A stretch of DNA of 33,046 nucleotides, taken from contig MCFE01000825.1 in NCBI GenBank assembly GCA_002104905.1, positions 1 to 33,046 of the forward strand, read 5' to 3'. The notes below the pieces were generated by a model, which saw nothing but the letters and a program-made list of their open reading frames with translations, did not search any database and was not told where the DNA came from. Source of the DNA: Basidiobolus meristosporus CBS 931.73 (taxonomy: Eukaryota > Fungi > Basidiobolomycota). Position numbers and translations under genes: made by a program. Of the stretch, positions 1 through 11,488 are shown piece after piece; position 1 is the first letter of the stretch; every line of letters starts with the position of its first letter.

Positions 1-600
1 GTACACCAAACCACTGCAAGATGGCCTATTCAAACCCCAGTTCTGCAGGTGGATCATTCCCACTTAATAGGCAATATAGGACCAGGTTGTAAGCATACCA
101 GGCACTCACCCACTCACCATGGACTGGTTTGGGGAATCTGGGCCTTCAGATGGATCCTGCTGGTATGCCAACTTCCACTTGAAGTTTCTTGTGTCAATCA
201 TGAATATGCAATTCTGGAAGGATCAAAGTTTTTGGGCAATTGCTCACACAGTGAATGTAATGCAAAGTTAATATTCTGCGGGTGCTCAAATCAAACATTC
301 ACACAGCACCTGCAACAGTATCACATGATCTGTTGGGTTTTATAAAAAGTGATGTGTGATCAAAGTTCCCATGGTATTCTCAACAACACTGAGCCAATGT
401 ATTTTCTATGATACTTTATTGATATCAAATCCCTAAATTTTGCTCCAAATGCAATGTAAACTAGAGCATATACTGGTCACTGAGTGCTCTACCTAGTGCA
501 ATGTTACTGCCTAGATCAAGCGCCCAGATCTTAAGCTTTGTGCTGCAAGCTCTGAAGCCTGGAACTTCATTTTTGATCCCAACAGTAGCAAGAGGAAGAA
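1..600 (-). pseudogene. Degenerate coding relic, possibly non-LTR retrotransposon ORF1-like
   Basis: The minus strand reads as long protein-like stretches broken by TGA/TAG (e.g. V*FEHPQNINFALHSLCEQL...CRTGV*IGHLAVVWC, a possible decayed zinc knuckle). No diagnostic motif is intact. Confidence 0.2.
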
Positions 601-1699
601 TGTAGAAACAAGTGCAATACTTCTCTTGAGATTCTGAGCTGAGAGGATACCTCCTGTAGATATGGATGCAACAACTCTTATAAGGGTCACAACACTTACC
701 TATTTACCCTGGGCTTATTGAACCAATAGCACCAGCACCAGAACTATCAACATTGTGCTCTTCAACATGAGTTTCTTTACTTGGTCAGACTTTTGATATT
801 CTGAAATCTTCCACTAATAGGACTTTTGAAAACACTAGCCTTGGTTAGCTAAACTAAACCCTGTTATATTACATAGAGCTTGTCAAAATTCTTCCTGCCA
901 AATTCTCTTCTTTGGTAATGGATGGTGCTCCATTCCCAACATACCAGTTAGCCAATCAAACTTACCAAAAGAATGGTTGGGTTGTTCAGTTCTTGCTAAA
1001 TATACTTCTGAGGCCCTGCTATTATGGATTGCAGCTTGATGTGTTGAGTGCTTTGCAAGAGGTAATGCTGGTGCATGTAGCTATAACAAGGATCCCCATC
1101 TTTAGTTCTATGCAGTCTACCAACTGTAATCATTAGTTATATACTGTAATAATTCAAGCTCTATCAAAAGTAACTTGGTTATGCAGGTGTATCTGCTTGG
1201 AATCAATAGTCCTGTCAAATATTATCAAAAAATGCACATATGTACCATATGTCAGCCTTGTGGTAGAAATGTGGGAGGACTTTTAAGCTACCATGCCAGC
1301 TGACACTCCTAGGCTTGATTCTGAATAAGAAACTAGATGGTGCTTTTTTTGTTGTAAATTCTGAAAATACACCTGAACACTCATCTAACTGGCTCACTTA
1401 GATCAGTCTACAAATCTTAGAGAGTTCTGACTAAATACCATACTGGAATTTACATGAATATTTCCACCATAGTATCAGTTACTCAGCACATTAGAAGTGA
1501 ATAAGATGTCTAAGCAGCCCCAAGCTCTGCACACATGTTTGTTTTACCCAGAACCATTTTGTCATGAATCTGTCAACAGCTGTCACAAGATATAAATCCC
1601 ACAACAAAGAGGTATTGGTACCCTAAGGATACTGTGCAAAGACTACTAGAATAATTGCACCGCAGATTTCACAAAAAACTTGGTCAAAAATTTCATCAC

Positions 1700-3650
1700 A
1701 ATAATACATAAGTGGCCTTGACTGGTTCTCTGCTAATTCTCTCACTTTCTGATCCCAGACATTCAATCACCTCCTACACTTATGTACATTAACAGGCTAT
1801 TGCTTCTTTTTCACACTCCTTACTTCCTGACTTAGCCAATGCCCTTACTTTTCATGCATACTAATTGGTGCATTTCTGTTGAATCCTCAGTTGTAACTTG
1901 ATGGCCTATTATACTGACCTAAAAAAGTCCCCACACCCAACACTAACATTAAACCCAGCCTCACACTCAACAAGTACCTCCATTTAAATGCACTATTCAA
2001 TAAGTGCTTCTGCTGTAACACCCTTTTTGCATGACTTTGGCAGGAACCCCACAGCATTATGTCATTGCTAATTAACTACCTCTCATGCATCCTGGTCTTC
2101 AGCTAGCACTGCAAGTTCTAGAGTATCATCTGTCGGTCATTGCAATAAATCCTTGCAATATAAAAGTGCATTTTCTTGAGCACTGTTATTGGAGAAGTGT
2201 TTAACCTCTTGGTATGCCTATTGACATTCTAAAATTTTGCTGTAGAAAATGTGATAGTCAGCTGATTCCTTGACATTGATACTTTGTCTGTCTGTAGAAC
2301 TGAACTCTGTCTACAATAGAAAATGCTGAGGCTGTGGTAGACAAATTGCCTTTCTTTGAAAACTCATATACCTCACTGGAGTGCAGCCCAACTGGCTGTG
2401 CATTCAACTCTTGAGAAAACAACTGCTGACTTGTTACTAATTTTTCTTGACTATTATGAAATTTGACCTGCTCTTTTCTGATGCCATTAGTTTATGAGAA
2501 CTGCAGCTTTCTTCTCATGCTTCACTGTCTCTGGCTTGGGTAGAATTTTTTCCCTTTACCTTAACCTTTACCACTGCCTAGTCTTTTGTTGCTGCATTGA
2601 CTGAGTGCTTCTTGTATTTTGTCACATTTCCTCCTTGCTAAACACTGCACTGGCATATCCATTGCTGCCTGCTTGTCCCTTTCTGGCACTCTTCCAGCTA
2701 CCTGATGCCTCTCTGCCAATTATTTTGAGCTTTCATCTGTGTTTGCAACAGGCTCTTGAGGAAGCCACCAGCATTTAACCATGTCACCATTGTTCTTCTG
2801 CCTTTGATAGTTTCTGCTATTCCTGATATATTTTTGTAGTATACCAATACAGGCCTAAAGTCTGCTTGCATTTTAAATTCAGGATTATATACACAGAGTA
2901 GGTCTAATACATTCTACTTGGCCTTGAGCTCCTGATGGTCCTAAGGTAAGCTGGCCTTAAGGTAAAGGCATGCTAGACTTCTTATGGCCTCTTGGATATC
3001 AGCCTACTCTTCATCATTGCACCAAGCAGCTTCACAGATCTTGAATGTCTTTCAATATTTAGGCTTTGGTATAAGTATCACAGAGCCTCCCACACATTCT
3101 CTGAAAGGTTCTTTATTAGGCCTTATCTTTGAGCACTGCAGTTATGCTTCAAAGACTGAACAGTGTTCAACTGCCATTACAGTAGGAAATGGCTCAATTC
3201 TAGTTTGTGACATTGAGCTACTTGAGTACCTTCTTTGCAGCAAAGATACTGCAATCTCCTCCTGGGATATTGATGGCTCTTAATTTATTTTTCACTCATC
3301 TTGTCCCTAGACTATGTCCTGATTTCTCTGGGCTATTGCATCTATCCTATTAGCCACTGCACCTAACTGCTTCTTTAATGCTATTGCATATGCTAACAAT
3401 ATACTTGCTATTGCTGGTAGTGGTGATGGCATGATGGTCAATTGCTGGTCTTCCACTGAAAGTACTGTGCTTGCTGCATTCTCCTCTGTCTGAGCATTAT
3501 GGCCTGCTTACAGCTCCACTCATAATCTCAATTGCCTGTCTGACCAAGAGCCTGAGCAGTCCACATTATTACCTTTAATGGACAAACTGTCAGCATCATC
3601 CTTTTGGGATGTAGCCTTGTGATTAGCACCAAATACCAAAGCAAGCTGTT
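1700..3650 (-). pseudogene. Accessory gene of the CMC element (copy A), unknown function
   Basis: Largely single-frame degenerate translation, e.g. FKICEAAWCNDEE*ADIQEAIRSLACLYLKASLP*DHQELKAK and VLAEDQDA*EVVN...GFLPKSCKK. The same peptides recur in copies E and B. Confidence 0.6.
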
Positions 3651-4319
3651 ATCCAACTGTTTTTCTGCTATTTTTTGTAGTAGGGTCTGGTTGGGAACCA
3701 GACACTTTGCTTTATTTTTTGATGGCAGATATGTGCAAGTGAGTCATACCAAAGGGAAAGTAGTGTTGCATATACATGTGTATGGGGTGCCGCAGATATT
3801 CATATAGTGCTTACTATGGTGGGTCATCATGGAATCTTATACTCAGGTAGCTGCCATGTCTCAAATTCAAGTCAATCTTAAACTCACATGAGTATTGACA
3901 AAATAGTGATATAATAGTGTTGCATTGTTGAGTGTCAAACTGTTTTCCCCATGGAGAAGACTATTAGGAATCAATGCTGTACAAGAAGAGAAAAAGGTAC
4001 ATGTAGCTATTGTAACAAGCCTCTTAGTCATAAGCATGCAGACAGCATAGGAGGTATTACAAGAATCATGGACAGTATTTTGCCACAAAAGTCATAATTA
4101 AGTACTCATCAGTCACTGACATACCAGCAATATTTTGCCAGCCACTTGATACTTCTATAATGGCACCAAGCTGCACCTGTCACCTTATATAAGCGTAGTC
4201 AGGTGAGTTTTTGATGCCTTTTGGTCCACCTTGGCCTTCTGCATATGACCTGCAGAGTCATAGCTCTGAGGAAGAAGACCTACCCATGAATTGCAAGCTT
4301 ATGACCCCTTGCAACTGCA

Positions 4320-5405
4320 CCCTTTACAACAACAGCAAAACCCTAGTTTGCAATGAAACAACACCCATGAAAAAATGCCCAGGATACTTTGTAAAGTCAA
4401 GTGAGCCCAATAATTCTTCTGCTGGTCAAATAAGTTATGTTGTAGCTAGAGAAGTGATATGTTTCCTGCAACATCAATGATGTGGGCTTTAACAATTTAC
4501 TGCTACATCTTGCCAAAATCATTCTAGCATGCAGCTTACCATACACTTGGTACAGTTCACCCTAAGAGGAAAACATTGTTCACACTTTGGAAAGATTGCA
4601 GTAATACCCCTTCTAAAGAAGCTAATACAGTCTGGCAAATACAGTGAAGCTATAAAGTACTGCACTTGGTAGCAACCAAGTACTTAAAATTTTGATATAT
4701 TTGATGGCAAACATTAAAAAGAATTAAGAAGCAAGTGCTACTTTGAAGGTATGTATGACCATGTATTTGCCTTGCCACTTGATGGATTATCATTGAATCA
4801 GTACTCTACCAGCAAATCTTGTTTGCTACTGACTCCCATTAATCCAAGTCTCCTGCCAAGGCTATGGTATCAGAGCAGAAATTAGATTGCAGTCCCACTG
4901 ACATTTGGGTCTAAATCACCATATAACCTGGATAGTTACCTGTATCCATTGCTAGATGAATTTGACTTGCTATCTAGTAGAATACAAGTAAATGGCCATC
5001 ATGGCAAGGCACATATTAGTATCTATACTGGTGATTCCTCAACACTTGGCAGATAGCTGGCTTCTCTGGGCACAATTTACCACTGCCAAATGTGTGGGAT
5101 CCAGGGCATTTACGCCATAACTCACACACATTTTTATTATCCAAGCATCAACACTAAGAACATCATCTTTTGACAGAGATAATGTGAAGAAGTCTGCATG
5201 CAATTGCAGCAAAGCTAGCAAGCTATAAACCATTGAACAGCATATGGATTTATCAAAAGCTGGGGATAGATAAGATAGAGGTAATCTATTTGAGCAAATA
5301 CTTTCCTCTGGGAGCAAAGCATTTGCTCTTCAGCAATGTCCCTGTACTAATGGCCAGCTTTTAGATGAAATATTTGGAGCTGAATGAGCCCTTTGAGATA
5401 CCAGA
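4320..5405 (+). pseudogene. Tnp2-family (Transposase_21-like) CMC transposase relic, copy A
   Basis: Translates as FDIFDGKH..RSKCYFEGMYDHVFALPLDGLSLNQYSTSKSC...GSKSPYNLDSYLYPLLDEFDLLSSRIQVNGHHGKAHISIYTGD. Stops are present, with deletions relative to copies B and C. Confidence 0.8.
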
Positions 5406-5567
5406 GAGGTAACTTTATTTGGTAGTAAATTAGCCAATACTGTTATGATCCTATCATAAGATTGTGTAGAGGGTCACTAACTCCAAGCTGCTGGTATCAA
5501 AATAAAGTTAAAAAACATTATGGTGCTTGGGCAGTATTTTGCCAAGGGTGGCATGGTATTGTTGCAG

Positions 5568-6337
5568 TGTGGTAGGGTAAACATACCTCCCACAGACAAG
5601 TTTATTCATATAGCCATTATGATATACTTATCCATATTTTATCTTATCAGTATTATCCCCATATGATGTTTACCCTGATTAGTTATTAGCATTAGTTGTC
5701 CCAGATGTTATTCAGCTTTGTGATCAGTATATGTATCTACATAAGGCAAGTATCTGTGTCAGTACCCGTGACACATGACCTAGGTCTTTGTTACCATCCC
5801 TACCATTTCAATACCATATATGGTATTTCTATGTTGCACAAGTTTCAGACTACTGATTCCTGATTGGTTGGATGTGCTGTGCCTTTTAGAACCTTCCAGG
5901 ACATTCTTGGCATATTTTTAGCTCATAGTGATGTCATCAAGAATTCCACTGATGCCTAGAATCTTCTAGAACCTTGTCATTAGTAATCACTTGGCAATCA
6001 AGAAAAGTACTTAAGGGAAAGCAATCCCTCATCAATAAATCATCCCTTCTAACAGTAACACTTCTACCTTATTGATTAGCAGTTGATCATTGTACCTGCC
6101 TTCAACAGTACATCTCAGACCTGCCCTCAAGGAGCTTTTCAGGGTAGTGCTCAAGACACACAGAGGCCTTTGGAGACACTTGGAGCACCTAGGAAGCTAG
6201 AGAAGCAGGAGCTTTTACCATAGTGACATATTGACAAAGACACCAGCAGTTTAGACACAGAGGTTATTGCACCCATCAGACACCTCACACACCTTGTGTT
6301 GTATAGCTTCTCCCAGGAGTACCTCTACACCACCACA
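5568..6337 (+). repeat. 5' LTR of gypsy-2 (770 bp)
   Basis: TGTGGT...ACCACA termini; ~95% identical to 13213-13959; followed by TATT and the PBS. Confidence 0.9.
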
Positions 6338-6341
6338 TATT

Positions 6342-6360
6342 TGGCACCCAATGTGGGGGC
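6342..6360 (+). other. Primer binding site, tRNA-Lys(CUU) type
   Basis: TGGCACCCAATGTGGGGGC versus canonical TGGCGCCCAACGTGGGGC. Two of the mismatches are CpG transitions. Lies 4 nt after the LTR. Confidence 0.85.
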
Positions 6361-6411
6361 TTTGACTGAACTGCCCCTAGACAACTTAAGAAAGAATAAA
6401 TTATCAAGACT

Positions 6412-6964
6412 ATGAATCTACCTTTACCAGGATTGCAAGGAACCCCTTTCTTTGATGGAGCTACAGTTAAAGCTTTCATCAAGAGGTGGGAGCTTTTCTG
6501 CAGAGCCCACAAACTACCTGAGACCATTATGGCTGAAGAGATCCCCCCTTACAGCACAGATAAGATCATGCTCTCATCATATGAAAGAAATGATCTGCTG
6601 ACAAATTGGACCCTCTTGAAGAGCTACTTGATTGATGAATATGGAGAGAGACAAGTTGACTACACACTTAAAGACTTGGAGAACTTTGCTTATAGCAAGC
6701 ATAAGCTGCCACCATTGAAAGAATACTCGAGTGGCCTTGAGAAAATTGGAGAGTCACTGAAAGCCCAAGGAGTTATTACTGATCTCCCTTTATCTGCCCA
6801 CCTTCTCAGAGCACTACCAGAAGACCTGGTGAGAAGGATTGAAAACAATCCTACTGTGAAAGCTATGAGTTCACTGCCTGGATTTCAGTTAGCTAAGCAG
6901 ATTCTACTTTCCCCTGAAGAAGCCTCACCAATCAGAAAGCTTCTTTCAAGCTCAGCACAAAACC
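6412..6964 (+). pseudogene. gag: gypsy-2 Gag, N-terminal part (split by copia-1)
   Basis: ORF 6412 (GTPFFDGATVKAFIKRWE...) runs into the copia LTR at 6965 and rejoins 11841 in frame. Confidence 0.8.
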
Positions 6965-7493
6965 TGTTGTAAGAGTCTTGAAGATATTGGAAGTGATTGG
7001 GAGAACAAGTAGATTATGTGGTTTTCACTTAATGTTTTACTGAATGTAAAAGTAGTATTTATACTTTAGACTTGTTCCATTGTGCCATTGATCATAGTGC
7101 CAGAGAGAGCTGTATATCTTGTAATTTGATATTTTAGGGTCATATGCATGTCAATTTTGATCTCAAATTGGCACTGTATGGCACCATCTGGCATGCTATG
7201 GCACTATTGGGCACTATGATCAGCTGGAATGATGGAACAAGTCTTTTTACCTGGTCTTGGCATTACAAGCACGTAGAATAGGTTAAGGAAGGTCCCAAGA
7301 ACATGTGTGCAAAGTTTGGGGCTATTTGGAGAACTTAGAATATTTTTACCAAAATACCGGGTACCCAAAACATGAAAATTCTCACAGTAAATCCCAACAA
7401 GGAATTTGGTCAGTATTCTCTAGGACTTGAAGGTAATGATCTAAGTGACTATGTTAGGTGAATATTTAGGTGGAAATACAAATTTTTACAACA
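6965..7493 (-). repeat. 3' LTR of copia-1 (contains a MITE and an inverted block)
   Basis: Matches 11489-11835 once 7068-7247 is removed. A PPT-like TTGAGTGGTAG lies on the minus strand at 7494-7504. Confidence 0.9.
7068..7244. mobile_element. MITE, 177 bp, 13-bp TIR, 3-bp TSD
   Basis: AGACTTGTTCCAT (7068-7080) and ATGGAACAAGTCT (7232-7244), flanked by TTT on both sides. The empty site TATACTTTTACC is present in the LTR copy at 18072. Confidence 0.9.
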
Positions 7494-7504
7494 CTACCAC
7501 TCAA

Positions 7505-10500
7505 CTAAATGCTCATACTGACTAGTCCTAATTTTGACCTATGATATTCAAACTTGTCTCTAGCTAATGGTTTGGTAAATATGTCTGCAATCATTTCATC
7601 TGTAGGACAGTAAACTAAGCTAATTAAATTATTCTCTATAGCTTCACATATGAAATGATATCTAATATCTATGTGCTTGGTTCTAGGTTGAAAAGTTGGA
7701 TTTCTACCTAATTGTATACATCCTAGATTATCTTAAAATAAAGTAATAGGCATTTTTTGACATAGCCTAAATCTGTAAAACATTTTCTTAGCCACATTGC
7801 TACATTGGTAGCTCCACAGGCTGCCATATACTCTGCCTCTGTGGAAGAAAGTGCTACAGTTGGTTGCTTTCTTGAATTCCATGAAATTGCTCCTTTGGAG
7901 TAAAGAAAGGTGTATCCTGTGGAGGATCTACTGTCTTCTAAATTTTGTCCCCAATCTGCATCAGAGTATCCCACAAGATCCTGTTCTGAATCCTTATAAG
8001 TGTATCTTAAGCAGATATCCGCAGTTCCTTTTAGGCATCTAAAAATCTGCTTAACTGCTGCAATAGGACCAGATCCATAGTTCAGATTATGTTGGCTGAC
8101 AGCTCCCACTGAATATGAGATATCTGTACATGCTCCACGCATGATATAAATCAGACTGCCAGCCATAGATTAATAAGGAAAGTCAGGGCTTTCAGATGGC
8201 ACCAAGCTCTCTTGATTTGGTTGAGTTTTGACCAAGTTAAGGCTTGTCTCCATTGGGGTAGCTGCTGGTTTACAGTCTTCCATTTTGTACTTCTTTTGTA
8301 TATCTTGAATATACTTTGATTGGCTAAGGGTGATAGTTTGGGTACTTCTGTCTATGGAGAACTTAATCCTTAAGTAGTAATTAAGTTCTCCTAGATTGGA
8401 CATCTTGAACTCCTTAGATAGGCTGGATTTAGTCACTTCCAATGTTTCAAGGTTATTGGTGGCTATAATAAGATTATCCACATATAGAGCTAATAGAACT
8501 GGATTTGCTCTATCTGGCTTAGAGTATATACTATAGTCAGCATTACTCCTTTTGAAACTCAAAGACTCCAAATAAGAATCTATCTTGCAATTCCAGGCTC
8601 TTGGTGACTGTTTGAGACCATACAGTGACTTTTTAAGCTTGCAGACCAAATGGGGGTTATCTTAGTCAACAAACCCATCTGGCTGGTCCATATACACATC
8701 CTCATCAAGTTCTCCATTCAAAAATGCAGTTTTTCTAACCATTTGATGAATAAGAAACTTATATTTGGCTGCAATGGCCAATATTAATCTGATGGAATTA
8801 AACTTGGCTACTGGTGCAAAGGTCTCAGTATAGTCAAGTCCTTTTGTTTCAGAGTATCCTTTGGCCACAAGTCTTGCTTTGTATCTTTCAATTGCAACAT
8901 CAGCCTTGTATTTTGTCTTGAAGACCCATCTGCATCCAATTGATTTTTGGTTGATTGGTAATTTGACTAAGTCCCAGGTCTGATTTTCCATCAGGGCCCA
9001 ATCTTTCTCAGTCAGGGCAGATCTCCAAAACTTTGTCTGAGGGCTATTTAGGGCCACTTTTACAGTCTGGGGCTCATCAATATGGACTGAATAGGCATAG
9101 GCTAAGTTTGTACCCTCATTGATATAGTAATCTGGGCTATTTCTTGTCCAATTGGATCTCCAGGCATTTGATACTGGGATGATCACTTCTGGGATATTCC
9201 TGGGCACAGATTCTGGCTGAACCAAGGTTATATAGTCCTCCGGAGTCAAAAAATTCTCATTGTTTTGCTCTGATTCAATCCTGACAATGGGTGGACTTGA
9301 GATCAAATTTTTGTCATCATCTGATGTCATCTTTTGTGAAAATTTTGAATTTTCATGAAACAGCACATCCCTGAACTTGATCAGCTTCCTTGCTTTGGTA
9401 TTGTAGAGTCTGTATGCCTTACTCTCATTGCAGTAGCCCAAAATATGCATTTTACACTTTTGCCTCAAATTTTGACTGATTACCGGCCAGTTTTTTGGCA
9501 TATGCTCTACACCCAAATATTCTTAGATGTTCTGCACTTGGTCTGTATTCATACCATGCTTCAAATGGAGTAGAATCACGAAGTATTCTGTTCTAGCTCC
9601 TATTTTTAAGGTATACAGCAGTGGCAACTGATTCCTCCCAAAAATCATAGGATAATTTTTGATCATGGATCATAGATCTTGCCATATCAGTTATTGATCT
9701 GTTAGCACATTCTGCTACATCATTTTGCTGTGCGGTAATGGTACAGTAGTCTCCTGCTTTATCCAATGAATTTTGCAGAAGTGGATGAAGAGTTTTGAGG
9801 TATATTCTCCACCACTGTCAGAGCATATTTTCTTGATTTTTTCACCAGTTTCTCTCTCCACCATGGTTTTAAACTCCCTGAACTTAGACAGAGCTTCTTC
9901 CTTTCTCTCCATGAAGTAGACCCATGTGTATCTTTTATAATCATCAATAAAAGTGATTAAACACTTCATCCCACCTAAGGATAAATTTTGCATAGGTCCA
10001 CACAGATCTGTGTGAATTAGATCTAATTTTTCTTAGTTTTGATCTACACAGAGCTCCTGAACAATTGTCTGGCTTGTTTCCCATATATGCAGGCTTCACA
10101 GTGCTCCAAATTAGCTGGGGGATCAATTTCACTCCAGAAATTAGCTGATCTTTTATCATTTTACGCAAATAATCAAAATTGATGTGTCCAAATATTCTGT
10201 GCCAAAGCATTGGTGTTTATTCATTGAAGTTATTTATATAAGCTTCCAAATATGATGGAATATAAGTCAGCTTGTATAGATTCTGATCTCTGATGCCTGA
10301 AGCAATATGGGCACCATTTGATCAGTGATCCTGCATCCCAAATTGTCAAAACTGAGGCTGAGTCCTTCTGCTGTGGCCTTGCTTACTGAGAGTAGGTGCT
10401 TGGCTATTTCAGGCACATAGAGTACTTCCTTAAAGGTCAGTGTATGGCTTCCTTCACTGCTTCTAAGATTTACTTGGATAGTTCCTTCTCCCACTGCATC

Positions 10501-11457
10501 AAGTGTTCTATTGTCACCCATGAAAACCTTCTTAATTGGAATTTCTTAATATTGGGTGAAAAGTTCTTTTTGGTGTGTAAGGTGTTGAGAAGCTCCAGAG
10601 TCAATATACCACATCTGACAATCCTTATTTGTGGTCAAACATAGTGAAGATATGAATATTCTATCTTCAGTTGTTGCAGCATTTCCATATTCAGGCTTCT
10701 TTTGCTGATAATCTCTCTTTTTGAGACACCAGTCTGATGTGTGTCTTTTCCTTTTGCAGTAGTTGCAAAAAAGGTTGCTGTTGCCTTTGTAGGGTCTTGG
10801 GTACCTACTTTGTTAGCTATTGTTGCTTATTAAAGCATTTTCTTCTTCCTTCTTTTTGGTGCTTAATTTTCTTAATTCTTCATCCAGGAGCCTTCCATAT
10901 ACATAGTTTAAGGTCAAATCTTCAGTTCTGGACTCCAGGGCTGATACAAGGCCCTGAAACTTGTCTGTCAGGCTATTCAGGATGGTAACTATCACATCCT
11001 CATCAGTAGTTGGTATGCCCACAGATTCCATCTCATCTACCAGCAGGGTAATTCTGTTAGTTGGATTTTCCATTTCTTCTCCTGGCAACATCTTTGTAGT
11101 AAAGGATTTTTGTCTCAGATACATTTTTTGTCTCAGATATATTTTCTTTGCAGCTGAACATGACTGGTAGGTGTCTTCTAATGCCTTCCAGGCATTCTTT
11201 GTTGTTTTGCTCTTGAGCATTAAATTAGCAATTTGTCTTTAACATTAAGGCAAATGCAGTTAAAGGCACTTTGTTCTTTCTTCTGGTACTTCATGGCTTC
11301 CTCTCCCATGTTTTAGGAGGGCATTCTTCTCCCATGACAATATCCCAAAGGCCTCTTTCTTGTAGCAGCATCTTCATCTTCACCTTCCACACTTGGTAGT
11401 TAGAGCCATCCAACTTTTCAGCAGGGGGAAAATTCCAGTAATAGCAGTAGTAGACAT
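7505..11457 (-). pseudogene. pol: copia-1 Gag-Pol polyprotein, frameshifted and with stops
   Basis: EKLDGSNYQVWKVKM (gag), LWHRIFGH, TFIDDYKRYTW and SDSGGEYTS (IN), KARLVAKGY, FAPVAK and LYVDN (RT, YVDD decayed), YSDADWG, TEAEYMA and KHIDIRYHF (RNase H). Confidence 0.95.
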
Positions 11458-11475
11458 TGTAGAGAGTGACAGCTT

Positions 11476-11488
11476 GGGGCTTATAATT
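11476..11488 (-). other. copia-1 primer binding site (internal tRNA-iMet half-molecule type, decayed)
   Basis: Minus-strand AATTATAAGCCCC directly abuts the LTR. Compare GGCTATGAGCCCC in copia-2 and the GGTTATGGGCCC type of Drosophila copia. Confidence 0.65.

Larger units (their letters stand above)
1547..5496 (+). mobile_element. CMC/EnSpm (CACTA-like) DNA transposon, copy A, internally deleted
   Basis: Transposase relic on + (4320-5405) and accessory gene on -. 1555-3050 is colinear with 19575-19918 + 26690-28219, and 5411-5496 is the reverse complement of 28309-28395. The left boundary is approximate because the TIR is not clearly preserved. Confidence 0.7.

Noticed and set aside
431-441. 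AAT|CCCTAAATTTT as the left end of copy A
   Set aside because: Only CCCTA matches, and homology with copy E's terminus places A's end near 1547.
4560-4573. CCCTAAGAGGAAAA as another CMC terminus
   Set aside because: It aligns to internal transposase sequence of copy B (ACCGTAAGTGAAAAC); a coincidental match.
912-5317. Short ORFs of 60-100 aa in the ORF track as host genes
   Set aside because: They are antisense or off-frame pieces of transposon relics, or have no recognisable features.
6342-6360. tRNA genes at the PBS sites
   Set aside because: These are only 9-19 nt complements of tRNA ends next to LTRs, with no cloverleaf.
11107-11142. 18-bp in-frame tandem duplication in copia-1 gag (YLRQKM twice)
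   Set aside because: Real, but an ordinary slippage event in a dead element.
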